Positions 49,065 through 63,410 of a DNA stretch of 64,000 nucleotides are shown piece by piece (within the stretch, counting starts at the first letter, position 1; the number at the start of each line of letters is the position of its first letter). Position numbers and translations under genes: made by a program. A model generated the notes under the pieces. It saw nothing but the letters and a program-made list of their open reading frames with translations, ran no database searches and was not told the origin of the DNA. Origin of the DNA: Squalus acanthias (Eukaryota); contig JASTWF010000244.1 in assembly GCA_030390025.1 (NCBI GenBank), positions 124,001 to 188,000 on the forward strand. The letters run 5' to 3'.

Positions 49065-52000
49065 TGAAGCAGGAAGAGGTCCTACAAGCAGAATTTAGGG
49101 AGCTAGGAGCTAAATTAAAAAGTAGGACCTCTAAGGTAGTAATCTCTGGATTGCTACCAGGGCCACGTGCTAATCAGAATAGAGAGAACAGGATAGTGAG
49201 ATTGAATACGTGGCTTGAGCAGTGGTGCAGGAGGGAGGGATTCAAATTCCTGAGGCATTGGAACCAGTTCTGGGGGAAGTGGGACCTGTACAAAAGGGAC
49301 GGTCTGCACTTGGGCAGGACTGGAACCGATGTCCTCGGGGTAATATTTGCTAAAGCAGTTCGGGAGGATTTAAACTAATATGGCAGGGGAATGGGAACCT
49401 ATGTAGCGAAACAGGGGGAAGTAATATGCAGTCAGAAACAAATGTTAGAAGGGTGAGAAACAATAGGGGAAGGCCGAGTAAACAAAGGCAAGAAACACAA
49501 AGGGCCATACTAAATCATAAGTCTAAAAGGACAAAGGATGTTAATAAAACAAGCCTAAAGGCTCTGTGTCTTAATGCAAGGAGTATCCGTAATAAGGTGG
49601 ATGAATTGACTGTGCAAATAGATGTTAACGGATACGATGTGATTGGGATTACAGAGACGTGGCTCCAGAACAATCAAGGCTGGGAACTGAACATCCAGGG
49701 GTATTCAACATTCAGAAAGGATAGAATAAAAGGAAAAGGGGGTGGGGTAGCATTGCTGGTTAAAGAGGAGATTAATGCAATAGCTAGGAAGGACATCAGC
49801 TTGGAGGATGTGGAATCAATATGGGTTGAGCTGCAGAACACCAAAGGGCAGAAAACGTTAGTGGGAGTTGTGTACAGACCTCCAAACAGCAGTAGTGAGG
49901 TGGGGGAGGGTATGAAACAGGAAATCAGAGGTGCGTGCAAAAAAGGCACGGCAGTTATCATGGGTGACTTTAATATGCATATAGATTGGGCTACTCAAAC
50001 TGGAAGCAATACGGTGGAGGAGGATTTCCTGGAGTGTTTAAGGGATGGTTTCCTAAACCAATATGTTGAGGAACCAACTCGAGGGGAGGCCATCCTGGAC
50101 TGGGTGTTGTGTAATGAGGAAGGACTAATCAGCAATCTTGTGGTACGAGGCCCCCTGGGGAAGAGTGACCATAGTATGGTGGAGTTCTACATTAGGATGG
50201 AGAAGGAAACAGTTAAGTCAGAGACCATGGTCCAGAACTTAAATAAGGGCAACTTTGAGGGTATGAGGCGTGAATTGGCGAGGTTAAATTGGCAAGCGAT
50301 ATTTAAGGGGCTATCAGTGGAAGGGCAATGGCAGACATTTAGAGATCGCATGGATGAACTACAACAATTGTACATCCCGGTCTGGCGTAAAAATAAAAAA
50401 GGGAAGGTGGCTCAACCATGGCTAACAAGGGAAATCAGGGATAGTATTAAAACCAAGGAAGTTGCATACAAATTGGCCAGAAGTAGCAGCAAACCCGGGG
50501 ACTGGGAGAACTTCAAAACTCAGCAGAGGAGGACGAAGGGTTTGATTAGGGCAGGGAAAATAAAATATGAAAGGAAGCTTGCAGAGAACATTAAAATGGA
50601 CAGCAAAAGCTTCTATAAATATGTAAAAAGAAAGAGGTTAGTAAAAACAAACGTAGGTCCCCTGCAGTCGGAAACAGGGGAAGTCGTAATGGGGAACAAG
50701 GAAATGGCGGATCAATTGAACAAGTACTTTGGTTCGGTGTTTACTGTGGAGGACACACACAACCTGCCGGAAATAAAAGGGGTCAGAGGATCTGGTAAGA
50801 GGGAGGAGCTGAGGGAAATCCTTATTAGTCGGGAAAAGGTATTGGGAAAATTGATGGGACTGAAGGCTGAAAAATCCCCGGGGCCTGATGGTCTGCATCC
50901 CAGAGTACTTAAGGAGGTGGCCTTGGAAATAGTGGATGCATTGACGATCATTTTCCAACATTCCTTAGACTCTGGATCAGTTCCGATGGAGTGGAGGGTG
51001 GCCAATGTAACCCCTCTTTTTAAAAAAGGAGGGAGGGAGAAAGCAGGGAATTATAGACCGGTCAGCCTGACATCGGTTGTGGGTAAAATGATGGAAGCAA
51101 TTATTAAAGATGTCATAACAGACCATTTGGAAAGTGGCGACATGATAGGTCCAAGTCAGCATGGATTTGTGAAAGGGAAATCATGCTTGACAAATCTTCT
51201 GGAATTTTTTGAGGATGTTTCCAATAGGGTGGACAGGGGGGAACCAGTAGATGTGGTGTATTTGGACTTTCAGAAGGCCTTCGACAAGGTTCCACACAAG
51301 AGATTGGTGAGCAAAGTTAAAGCACATGGGATTGGGGGTAATGTGTTGACGTGGATTGAGAACTGGTTGGCACACAGGAAACAAAGAGTAGGAGTAAATG
51401 GGTACTTTTCAGAATGGCAGGCAGTGACCAGCGGGGTACCGCAGGGTTCGGTGCTGGGACCCCAGCTGTTTACATTATATATTAATGATTTGGACGAAGG
51501 GATTAAATGTAATATCTCCAAATTTGCGGATGACACTAAATTGGGAGGCAGTGTGAACAATGAGGAGGATGCTAGGAGGCTACAGAGTGACTTGGACAGG
51601 TTGGGTGAATGGGCAAATGTATGGCAGATGAAGTACAATGTGGATAAATGTGAGGTTATCCACTTTGGTGGTAAAAATAGAGAGGCGGACTATTACCTGA
51701 ATGGTGGCAGATTAGGGAAAGGGGAGGTGCAACGAGACCTGGGCATCATGGTACATCAGTCATTGAAGGTGGGAATGCAAGTGCAGCAGGCAGTCAAGAA
51801 AGCAAACGGAATGATGGCCTTCATAGTAAGGGGATTTGAGTACAGGAGTAGGGAGGTGATGCTGCAGTTGTACAGGGCCTTGGTGAGGCCACACCTGGAG
51901 TATTGTGCGCAGTTTTGGTCTCCTAACTTAAGGAAGGACATTCTTGCTATTGAGGGAGTGCAGCGAAGGTTCACTAGATTGATTCCTGGGATGGCCGGAC

Positions 52001-52107
52001 TGACATATCAAGAAAGATTGGGTCAACTGAACTTGTATCCTCTTGAATGGCAGAGCAGGCTCGAGGGACCAAGTGGCCTATTCCTGCTCCTATTTCTTAT
52101 GTTCTTA
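49065..52107 (+). mobile_element. CR1 LINE with ORF1 esterase tail and long open ORF2 (49426-52134, 902 aa); internal deletion near 3' end
   Basis: VISGLLP...DGLHL; EN CLNARSI/ITETWL/GDFN/SDH; RT YLDFQKAFD/GVPQG/KFADD. Confidence 0.95.
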
Positions 52108-52394
52108 AACATTGATTATCCACGGGCGATTTGACTGGTGGATTATGTGCAGAAGTAGGAACTGTATCTTTTTTTTTTCTCCCATCCCTGGGTGGAGAGG
52201 AGAGATTCAAAGATAATTGTGGTGCCCAAGTGGTTGTCCCAAGTGACATCAGCTAACTCAGCACAGACTGCTTTAACATAGGGCTGTAAAGATGGAAGGC
52301 AACCAAGATAATTAATTATCTGAATATCTTACCTCCATTGCCTTTTTTCTCCTTTTAATTTTCTCATTCTTCATTTTTCTCCTCCACGCTACAA

Positions 52395-52670
52395 AGCCTG
52401 GCAAGACTCCGTAAACTTGAGGTCATCCAAAACTCTGTTGCCCATGTCCTAACTCTCTCCAAGTCCCATTCACCCATCACCCCTGTGCTTGCTGACAAAC
52501 ATTGGCTCCGGTTAAGCAACTCCTCGATTTTAAAAATTCTCATCCTTGTTTTCAAATTCCTCCATGGCCTCGCCCCTCCCTATCTCTAATCTCCTCCAGC
52601 TCCACAACACTCTGAGATATTTGTGCTCCTCTCATTGTTAAAGGTGCTATATAAATACAAGTTGTGTTAT
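52395..52670 (+). mobile_element. L2-clade LINE 3' fragment
   Basis: Matches the reverse complement of 53620-54140; GCTATATAAATACAAGTTG tail. Confidence 0.65.
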
Positions 52671-53356
52671 TTGTACTGTATGTAAAAATCCTCAGTGCTA
52701 TGGGGATCAGATTCTGTAACTGCATTCTGTGAAAATTGATGAGAGGTCCTTTAGATTCACAGCAAGATGTTGGAAGTAGGTATCTGGCTTTTAGTAGTTC
52801 TTGGGAGAGGATGGGATTTTGTAGTACTGGGGTGATCCTGAGCTTTGGTTGTGTTGGAGAGGATGGCTCTCGTGTTTGGCAGAGCTGGATTGAGTATCCT
52901 GGACCTTAGCAGCCTGCATTGGGCATCCTGGAGGAATGTAGCACGGGGTGGGGGGTCCTGTGGCTTGATAGCAAGAGTAGGTATGTAGTCTGAGACCACA
53001 GTGCAGGAAAAACCTGGGGTTTGATAGAATTTGGAGCGTAGGTTGACTGGTAGATTCTTGGGGTCTGTCAGCAGTGAAGTGAGAGGAGTGCATGGGTCTG
53101 ACGGCACTGGGGGTGAGGGAGCCCTCATTGGTAAGTTTCTAAAGGATCAATATTCCCACATTTCCCACATTACAACAGTGACTACACTCCAAAAGTGCTT
53201 CATTGGCTGTAAAGCGCTTTGGGACGTCCGGTGGTCATGAAAGGCGCTATAGAAATGCAAGTCTTTCTTTTCAATAAAACGTTCATTCAATACTTTCTGA
53301 TTCAATTTCCAGTTTGTATTCAAATTGTTTTCAAAAACACACAAACTCAAACACAT

Positions 53357-56300
53357 GGGCCGCGATTTTACTAACCTCGGCGGGCAACGTCGATGGTGGG
53401 TCACGGCCCCGCTGCTGGCTCCATCCCACTGCCTAGAATGACTTTCCATTGATTGAGCTTGTTAAGCCCGCCCAGCACGTTTCCCAGCCAATTAGAGGAA
53501 GCGGGTCTGGTGACGACATTTAATAACTCGTCATCAGCCGGTTTCCTTAAAGGGACATGGCCAACTTTAATTTGTCATTTGTGCTGTCAGTGTTCTACAG
53601 CATTGAGGTGCTGCAAACAACAACAACTTATATTTATATAGCGCCTTTAATGTAGTAAAATGTCCCAAGGTGCTGCACAGGAGTATTTTAAGACAAATAA
53701 TTTGACACCGAGCCACATAAGGATAATTTAGGGCAGGTGACCAAAAGCTCGGTCAAAGAGGTAGGGTTTAAGGAGCGTCTTAAAGGAGGAAAGAGAGGTA
53801 GCGAGGCGGACAGGTTTAGGCAGGGAATTCCAGAGCTTGGGGCCTAGGCAACAAAAGGCACGGCCACCAAAGGTTGAGCGATTATAATCAGGGATGCTCA
53901 AGAGGGCAGAATTATAGGAGCGCAGATATCTCGGGGGAGTGGTTGTAGGGCTGAAGGAGATTACAGAGCTAGGAAGGGGTGAGGCCATGGAAGGATTTGA
54001 AAACAAATGAGAATTTTGAAATCGAGGCGCTGCTTAACCGGGAGCCAATGTAGGTCAGCGAGCACACGGGTGATGGGCGAACGGGACTTGGTGCGAGTTT
54101 GGACACGGGCAGCCGAGTTTTTGATGACCACAAATTTATGTAGGGTGGAATGTGGGAGGCCAGCCAGGAGTGCGTTGGAATAGTCAAATCTAGAGGTAAC
54201 AAAGGCATGGATGAGGTGAGGGGGAGACGGGCGATGTTACGGAGGTGGAAGTAGGCGGTCTTAGGTATGCTGCGGATATGTGGTCTGAAGCTCATTTCAG
54301 GGTCAAATATGACACCAAGGTTACGAACAGTGTGGTTCAGCCTCAGACAAATGTTAGGGAGAGGGATGGAGTCAGTGGGAACGAAGTTTGTGGCGGGGAC
54401 TGCAAACTATGTCTTCGGTCTTCCCAATATTTAATTGTAAAAAATTTCTGCTCATCCAGAACTGTGTGTCGGACAAGCAGTCTGACAATTTAGACACCGT
54501 GGAGGGGTGGGGAGAAGAGCTAGTGAGGTAGAGCTGGGTGTCGTCAGCGTACAGGTGGAAATTGACGCTGTGTTTTCGGATGATGTCGCCAAGGGGCAAC
54601 ATGTAGATGAGAAATAGGAGGGGGCCAAGGATAGATCCTTGGGGGACACCAGAGGTAACGATGCGAGAGCAGGAAGAGAAGCCGTTGCAGGTGATTCTCT
54701 GGCTACGATTAGATAGATAAGAATGGAACCAGGCGACTGCAGTCACACCCAGCTGGACGACGGTGGAGAGGCGTTGGAAAAGGATGGAGTGATCAACCGT
54801 GTCAAAGGCTGCAGACAAGTCAAGAAGGACCAGGAGGGATAGTTTACCTTTGTCACAGTCAGAAAGGATGTCATTTGTGACTTTGACGAGAGCTGTTTCG
54901 GTACTGTGGCAAGGGTGGAAACCTGATTGGAGGGATTCAAACATGTAATTGCAGGAAAGATGGACACTGATTTGGGAGGCGACAACACGTTCAAGGACTT
55001 TGGAGAGGAAAGGGAGGTTGGAGTAGTTTGAGTAGTAGGGTCGAGGGAGCAGGAGGTGGGTTTCAGGGACAAGATGAGCACAGAGAGATCTTGAGGAAAG
55101 ATCGGAGAGAAACTGGAGAAAGATGTGAGTTCAGGGCTAGGAAATGGGGGAATCTTAGAGGAAGTTTGGCCCAGTGGGCTAGGGGAAGGAAGGGACATGG
55201 CAGAGGCCTCAATCTTGGAGACAAAGAAGTTCATGAGCTCCTCACACTTGTTATCGGAGGTGAGGGTGGAGGAGACAGGGGAGAGGGGTTTAAGAAGACG
55301 GTTAGCAGTAGAGAATAGGAGCCGGGGTTTATCTTTGCATTCCAGAATGATTCTGGAATAGTGAGCAATTTTGGCAGACGAGAGCAGGGCCCAATAATGC
55401 TTTATGTGGTCCAGCCAGATCTGGCGGTGAATGGCTAAACCAGTTCTCCACCATATCTGTTTGAGTCTGCGTTCCTCGGACTTAAGGGAGCGAAGATGAG
55501 CCGTACCAGGGGGAACGGCCAGGGTGAGAGGGTAATTGTTTTAGTAGGGACTAGGGCATCAAAGGTGGTGGTGAAGGTGTGGTTGAGCAGATGGGTAGCT
55601 GCAGAAATGTCATGGTGAATGGAGGGCCAGAGGCTGGACAGTTGGGATTTCATAAGTGCAGTTGGGAGAGAGTTTTTTCTGGGGCGGACACAGAAGGAAG
55701 TAGGATTTGGTGGGGGGGATGTGGGTGGAGAGCGATACGAGGAAATGGTCAGTGATGGCCTCATGTGCAATTGACACGATGGGAGTAGCGAGGCCACGAG
55801 AGATGGCAAGGTCGAGAGGGTGGCCGTGAATATGGGTTGGGGAGTTTATGTGGAGGGAGAACTTAAGGGAGGATAGGAGGCTAGTGAACTCAGGAGAGAG
55901 AGCATGATGAATTGAGATGGAAGTTGAAGTCACCGAGGATGGGAAGTCGTTCGGTGCAGAGGCTGAGGGAGGAGAACAGTGAAGATATCTCAGCAATAAA
56001 AATGTTATGGTACTTGGGTGGGCGGTAGAGAACAAGAATTTTAAATGAGGCGAGAGTGGTGGAATAAGGTGAGATGCTCAAAGGAGGAGAAACTGCCGGA
56101 GGAATAGGGGGACAGACCAAGGTGTGATTTGGTGATGAGAGCTACACTGTCACCACGGTGGTCTGAGTGGGGCAAGTGGTGGAAGGTATAGTCAGGTGGG
56201 GAGGCTTCATTTAAGGGTAAGGTGACATCACCCCTCAACCAAGTTTCCGACAGGGCCATGATATCGATGCAGTCATCCACGATTAGCTCATGGATAGCAA

Positions 56301-57998
56301 GGGCCTTGTTTGCATGTGTGAACGGACATTCTGGAGGGAGATGCGAAATGGGTCGGTGATGGATGCCCCTCTGCCAGCGTCCACAGGGTCGACACTGGGG
56401 GCGAGGAGTTGGATGGGGAGGGGATTGCAAGATTTGCCCCCAGTGGGCACGCAGGTCGGCGAGAAAGTAGGATGGGACAGTTGGGGTTGCTGCTCGTAAG
56501 GCGGCAGCGACGAGTGCCTCCACTGACAATCACTGCATAGAGGTGCAGGGCTGCACCCAGGCTCTCGCATGACTCCTTCTATATGCTTATGGAGGGAGTC
56601 ACAGCACGCAAGGAAGTCCTCTTCCCTTTCCATGGGCGGAAGAGACCTCCCCAGGAGATCAACACAGCCTGGTTGCAGATTGCAGAGGAGGTCACAAGCA
56701 GGGATGTCGTTAGGAGGACCTGGGTGCAGTGCCGCAAACGTTTCAGTGATCTCAGTAGATCACGAAGTGTTCGTACAGAGCCACACTCAACCTCATCCTG
56801 CTGTGCCATCATCACATCCCCATCACTCTGCCTTCCCTACCCTATTCCTGCACATCCTTCTCACACCAACTTACCTTGGACCTCCACTCATCCCCCTCTC
56901 TATATATTATCACATTCCCATCTCACTAGCCACCCCTCACACTCGCCCTTATCCTAGTGCAATCATACCAACTAACAATACACAAGGGTAGGTACTTGGG
57001 TGTTATATGCAATGTTCGTGTAAAGTTTCTGTTAATATGGTGTCAAAACATTGAAACCTTTATTTTCAACACTTGCATTCTTGGACAGATTTGTGTGCAC
57101 CTTTGGAAGTGGCTTCGTGAGTTGCAGTGAATGGTGAGACATAACGGTACCTCCTACAATGGTGATGAGTGTGAAAGGAATGGCTTGGGCATTGTAGGGA
57201 TGCTTTATGGCGTGATGTGCCAACCTGGCACATCATGTGGCAGCCAGGGTGTACAGTCAGGTGAAGTAAATCTGGCCAAGGTGAGACCATCCCTGGCCTC
57301 CCGGGCAGCAAGGTTTAGGGAGTTGCTGATGCCCTCTGTCCTGTGCAACATCAGGTGATTGCAGTGAAGGTTGGTGTTGTTGGTGCTGCTGGTGTTGGGG
57401 CTGATCGTGGTGGGATTCTGAGGACCAAGGTGAGCGAGTATAAAAGGCACCCATGCTGATGGAATAGATGGCAGGTGAAGTAGAGATGACGGAAGCGATC
57501 TGTCAATGGTGAGAGAGGTAATGAGGTGAGACTGGATGGAGACTTGTGTAAAGACTTGCAGCATAGTGAATCTGTTGTGGAAATGCAGTGAGGAAGAGCT
57601 TGTGGCTGAGGGAAGATATCTCTAATGTGGGAGCTTTTACTGTTCATTTGAAGCTGTCAACTCAACAGCTGATTCAATGGCCACTGAACTCCCACCTCAG
57701 CTTCACAGACGTGGTCCACGACCAGCGTGGACCTTGTGGGCGAGCTGTCAAATGCAGGAGGTGAGCTGAAATTCATTAAGTGGCTCTAAACAAGCCACTG
57801 ATTACCTGAATTGGGTCCCCCATTGTGAACCCGCCGCTGCGTGTCGGGTCTGCTCAGCACTGACAGACCCGACATCGGGTAAAGGCACGTGGCTTACAGC
57901 AGGGTCCTGACCTGGGGGAGAAAAACCACTTTCCCACCCGACCCGCCACCAATCGCGCCTTCGACCCCCCCCCCCCCCCCCCCAGGAAAATCTTGGCG
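53357..57998. mobile_element. Internally deleted Harbinger element (SANT exon 1 at ~56545-56770, +) split by an L2 LINE
   Basis: GGGCCGCGATTTT start, GGAAAATCTTGGCG end; ARKEVLFP...AWLQIAEEV...WVQCRKRFSDL. Confidence 0.7.
53617..56520 (-). mobile_element. L2-clade LINE (EN+RT, frameshifted)
   Basis: LQNVRS/LSETWL/LGDFN EN; LLDLSAAFDTVDH, GVPQGSILGPLLF, YADDTQLY; (GTT)n tail. Confidence 0.9.
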
Positions 57999-58034
57999 TT
58001 TGATTTCTCCCACTGAGAAAATAAAAATTGATAA

Positions 58035-59610
58035 TTCATAGGATTACATAAGTTATACGGCACAGAAACAGGCCATTCAGCCCAACCAGTCCATGCCGAC
58101 GTTTATGCTCCGCTCGAGCCTCCTCGCGTCTTTCCTCATCGAACTCTATCAGCATAACCCTCTATTCCCTTCTCCCCCTTAAATGCATCTATGCTATTTG
58201 CCTCAACTACTCCCTGTGGTAGCGAGTTCCACATTCTTACCACCCTCAGGGAATTCAGAAGAAACTTCTTTATCTAATTTGATTTGTTGGTGACTATCTT
58301 ATATTGATGGCCTCTAGTTATTCTCTTCCCCACAAGTGGAAACACTCTGTATCTGCTCCATCAAAATCGTTCATAATTTTAAAGACCTCTATTAGGTCAC
58401 CCCTCAGCCTTTTTTCAAGTGAAGAGAGATCCAGCCTGTTCATCCTTTCCTGATAGGTATACCCTTGCATTTCTGGTATCATCCTTGTAAATCTTCTCTG
58501 CACCCTGTCCAGTGCCACTATATCCTTTCTATAATATGGCGACCACAATTGTACGCAGTACTCCAAGTGTGGTCTAACCAAGGTTTGATACAAGTTCAGC
58601 ATAACTTCCCTACTTTTCAACTCTCTCCCTCTAGAAATAAACCCTAGTGCTTGGTTTGCTTTTTTATGGCCTTGTTAACTTGTGTCGCTACTTCTGGTGA
58701 TTTGTATATTTGTACTTCGAGATCCCTTTGCTCCTCTACCCCACCCAGACTCACCCCCTCCAAGTAATAAGTGCCCTCCTGAGTCTTCCTACCAAAATGT
58801 AATACCTCACATTTATCTGTGTTGAAATTCATTTGCCAATTATATACCCATTCTACAAGTTTATTAATGTCCTCCTGTAATTTGTTGCAGTCCTCCTGAG
58901 GCGGCACGGTGGCATAGTGGTTAGCACTGGTGCCTCACAGCGCCAGGGACCCGGGTTCGAATCCGGCCTCGGGTGACTGTCTGTGTGGAGTTTGCACATT
59001 CTCCCCGTGTCTGCGTGGGTTTCCTCCGGGTGCTCCGGTTTCCTCCCACAGTCCAAAAATGTGCGGGTTAGGTTGATTTGGCTATGATAAATTGACCCTT
59101 AGTGTTAGGGGGGGGGATTAAATATGTGGGGTTACGGGGATAGGATGGGATATGTTAGGGGGAATTAAATACGTGGGGTTACAGGGATAGGGTGGGATAC
59201 GTGTTGGTGCAGGCTCGATGGGGATTCTGTGTGGGAAAAGCAGGGACAGGGTACTGGATTTGGATGATCAGCCATGATCATATTGAATGGTGGAGCAGGC
59301 TCGACGGGCCGAATGGCCTACTCCTGCTCCTAGTTTCTATGTTTCTATGACTATTCCCGCCCCCCACCCCCAATTTGGTGTCCTCCGCAAATTTAGAAAT
59401 TGTGTTTTTGATTCCAAAGTCTAAATCGTTGATATAAATTGTGAACAGTGGTCCCAGCACTGATCCTTGTGGAACACCACTACACACCTTCTGCCACTGT
59501 GAATGGCTACCCTTTACTCCTACTCTCTGCTTTCTGTCCTGAAGCCAGCTAGCTATCCAATCTGCTACTTGTCCCCTGACTCTGCATTCTCTGACCTTCG
59601 TCATTAATCA
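58035..59610 (-). mobile_element. CR1 LINE fragment interrupted by a V-SINE
   Basis: [28 protein letters not shown] on - strand. Confidence 0.85.
58900..59349 (+). mobile_element. V-SINE (HE1-type) with CR1-derived 3' tail
   Basis: tRNA head GGTGGCATAGTGG/GGTTCGAATCC; V domain TGTGTGGAGTTTGCACATTCTCCCCGTGTCTGCGTGGGTTTCCTCCGGGTGCTCCGG; tail identical to the CR1 3' end. Confidence 0.88.
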
Positions 59611-60844
59611 TTGATTCAAACAAATGATGCAACAATTGTGTAATCAGTTTTGTCTTTGTTTGAAGTGGACTTTATTTGCTCACACAAACACCCTCTGTTT
59701 AAAAAAAAAAAGGTCTTTGAGAAAAACATTAAATATAAACCATTAGAATAAAACTTTTGAAATATGCCCTCTAGTCAAAGGCTTCCTTGTGGGGCATCTG
59801 GTGAGCACTCCTGCTCCTCTTGGCCCACAAGGAGTGCTGAAGGGGGGCCAGCAGCTCTTGCCTCCCTTTTACTACCGAGTTTCCTGACCCCTGGGAAATC
59901 CGTGCAGCAGCAGTAAATTTCAAATCGGGCTCCCAATTGCACTGATTTAAATATGTCAATTAATCATCTCGCCTCTCCATGGCAGGACACTCCGACGCCC
60001 CGATGTCCGCCGTAAAAAAGGGAGGGTTGAGGGTCATTATTTCACTTTTTAATGCCCCCTGACCCTCCTCCCGCCTGTCGTGGGGGGTTAATATCAAGGT
60101 CGTTGTGTCAGTTGGGCAGAAAAAGTGCTACTGATGAATCTGTCTTCAGCAAAGAGAACCATAACTTGGAGGAAGAATATCAAGGCCAAGCCCAGGCTTT
60201 TGGGAGAAGCTGAGGCCCTCAAGTAAAAACATTTATGAAGCTACTAAAAGACAACTTTATAGTTAAGTTTAATCATATCATGAAAAATGTAATTTTTTAG
60301 TGGAATTTGATTTACTCAGTCAATGTAATCTGGTGTCCATAACCATTATGTTTGCCGTCATGGGATATTGAAAATTTTGGATGTGGAATTGAAGGGAAAT
60401 CAGCTTCCTTTGTGTGATGTGTAGCAGACACGTTTCCGGGATCTTTATTTGTCCAAATAAAGCACAAGCAACAAAGAAGCAAATACTGTATGTTGTAATG
60501 TTGGGCCGCATAAATATTGTATCCAATAGCGCTCAGGTTTGTAGCAAGGATATAGGCAGAAGCAAACTGGACTATGGAGCATTTGATGAGATGCTGACTC
60601 AAATAGGCTACGTAGAATTACATGGAATCTACAGCACAATAACAGGCTGTTTAGCCCAACTTGTCTATGCCGGTATTTATACTCCACTCACACTCTCCTC
60701 CCATTCTAATTACCACTTCCCACCCTGCATCCATGGTAAATTTTGTTTTTTTGGATTTACTGTTGGTACTAGACTTATTTAGCTTGGTTCTTTGGCGATT
60801 TTGTAATACCCTGGTATTTCTCAGCTCTAATACTAAGAGCCGAG

Positions 60845-63410
60845 AAATACCAAGGGGCAGAAAACGTTAGTGGGAGTTGTATACAGACCCCCAAACAGTA
60901 ATGCTGAAGTTGGGGATGGCATTAAACGGGAAATTAGAGACGTGTGCAATAAGGGCACAGCTGTTATCATGGGTGACTTTAATCTACATATAGATTGGGC
61001 TAACCAAATTAGTAACAATTCTGTGGAGGAGGAATTCATAGAGTGAATACGGGATGGTTTCCTGGACCAATATGTCGAGGAACCAACTAGAGATCAGGCC
61101 ATCTTAGACTGGTTATTATGTAATGAGAGAGGATTAATTAGCAATCTTGTTGTGCGAGGCCCCTTGGGGAGGAGCGATCATAATATGATAGAATTCTTCA
61201 TTAAGATGGAGAGTGAAGTAGTTGACTCAGAGACTAGGGTCCTGAATTTAAATAAAGGAAACTACGATGGTATGAGGCGCGAGTTGGCTAGGATGGATTG
61301 GGGAGCGTTACTTTAAGGGTTGATGGTGGATAGGCAATGGCAAACATTTAAAGATCGCATGGATGAACTACAGAATTTGTTCATCCCTGTTTGGCATAAA
61401 AAAACAAAAAAGGTGACTCAACCGTGGCTAACAAGGGAAATTAGGGGTAGCATAAGATCCAAGGAGAGGACATATGAATTGGCCATGAAACGCAGCAAAC
61501 CTGAGGATTGGGAGCAGTTTAGGATTCAGCAAAGGAGGACAAAGGGATTAATTAAGAGGGGGAAAATAGAGTATGAGAGTAAGCTTGCAGGGAACATAAA
61601 AACTGACTAAAAGCTTCTATAGATATGTGAAGAGAAAAAGATTGGTGAAGTCAAGTGTAGGTCCCTTGCAGTCAGAATCAGGGGAATTTATTATGGGGAA
61701 CAAAGAAATGGCAGACCAATTAAATACATACTTTGGTTCTGTCTTCACAAAGGAGGACACAAATAACCTCCCAGAGATGTCGGGGAACATAGGGTCTAAT
61801 GAGAGGGAGGAATTGAATGAAATCAGTATTTGTAGGGAAATGGTGTTAGGGAAATTGATGGGATTGAAGGCTGATAAATCCACAGGGCCTGTTAATCTAC
61901 ATCCTAGGGCACTTAAGGAAGTGGCCCTAGAAATAGTAGATGCATTGCTGGTCATCTTCCAAAATTCTATAGCCTCTGGAATAGTTCCCATGGATTGGAG
62001 GGTAGCTAATGTAAGCCCACTATTTAAAAAAGGTGGTAGAGAGCAAACTGGAATTATAGCCTGACATCGGTAGTGGGGAAAATGCTAGAGTCCATTATAA
62101 AAGATGGAATAGCAGAGCACTTGGAAAACAGTGACAGGATCGGACAAAGTCAACATGGATTTACAAAAGGTAAATCATGCTTGACTAATCTACTGGAATT
62201 TTATGAGGATGTAACTGGTAGGATAGATAAGGGAGAACCAGTGGATGTGGTGTATTTGGACTTTGAGAAGGCTTTCGATAAGGTCCCGCATAAGAGATTA
62301 GTTTGCAAAGTTAAAGCACATGGGATTAGGGGTAAGGTACTGACTTGGATAGAGAACTGGTTGGCAGACAGGAAGCAAAGAGTTGGAATAAACGGGTCTT
62401 TTTCTGAGTGGCAGGCAATGACTAGTGGGGTACCGCAGGGATCGGTGCTAGGACCCCAGCTATTCACAGTATATATTAATGATCTAGACAAGGGAACTAG
62501 ATGTAATATCTCCAAGTTTGCAGACACGACAAAGCTGGGTGGGCGTGTGTGCTGTGAGGAGGATGCAGAGAAACTCCAGTATGATTTGGGCAGAAGCGTG
62601 GCAGATGCAATATAACGTGGATAAATGCGAGGTTATCCACTTCGGTGGCAAAAACAGAAGACAGATTATTATCTGAACGGCAATAGATTGGGAAAAGGGG
62701 AAGTGCAACGAGACCTGGGTGTCCTTGTGCACCAGTCGCTGAAGGTAAGCATGCAGGTGCAGCAGGCAAATGGTATGTTGGCCTTCATAGCGAGAGGATT
62801 CGAGTACAGGAGCAAGGATGTCTTGCTGCAGTTGTACAGGGCCTTGGTGAGACCACACCTTGAGTATTGTGTGCAGTTTTGGTCGCCTTATCTGAGGAAG
62901 GATGTTCTTGCCATGGAGGGAGTGCAGCGAAGATTCACCAGGCTGATACCTGGGATGGCAGGAATGACGTATGAAGAGAGATTGGGTCGATTAGGCTTAT
63001 ATTCGCTAGAGTTTAGAAGAATGAGAGGGGATCTCATTGAAACTTATAAAATTCTAACAGGACTAGACAGACTAGATGCAGGAAGGATGTTCCCGATGGC
63101 GGGGAGTCCAGAATCAGGGGTCACAGTCTAAGGATAAGGGGTAAGCCATTTAGGACTGAGATGAGGAGGAATTTCTTCACCCAGTGTGTGGTGAACCTGC
63201 GGAATTCTCTACCGCAGAAGGCAGTGGAGGCCAATTCATTATATATATTCAAGAAGGAGTTCGATATATTTCTTAAGGCTAAAGGGATCAAGGGATATGG
63301 GGAGAAAGCAGGGACAGGGTACTGAATTTGGATGATCAGCCATGATCTCATTAAATGGCGGAACAGGCTCGAGGGGCCGAATGGCCTACTCCTGCTCCTA
63401 TTTTCTATGT
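60845..63410 (+). mobile_element. CR1 LINE, 5'-truncated, same subfamily as 1-3304
   Basis: EN/RT motifs with stops; near-identity to the first copy. Confidence 0.95.

Noticed and set aside
58900-58975. tRNA-like sequences here and at ~15330, ~29060-29150, ~46790-46855
   Set aside because: SINE or LINE heads that continue into repeat bodies; not functional tRNA genes
60312-60782. Unassigned short ORFs in intron 1
   Set aside because: No recognisable motifs or convincing splice sites
1-63410. Near-identical CR1 copies at both window ends as a possible segmental-duplication boundary
   Set aside because: Their 3' flanks are unrelated (Ig exon versus intron), so independent insertions of one subfamily fit better
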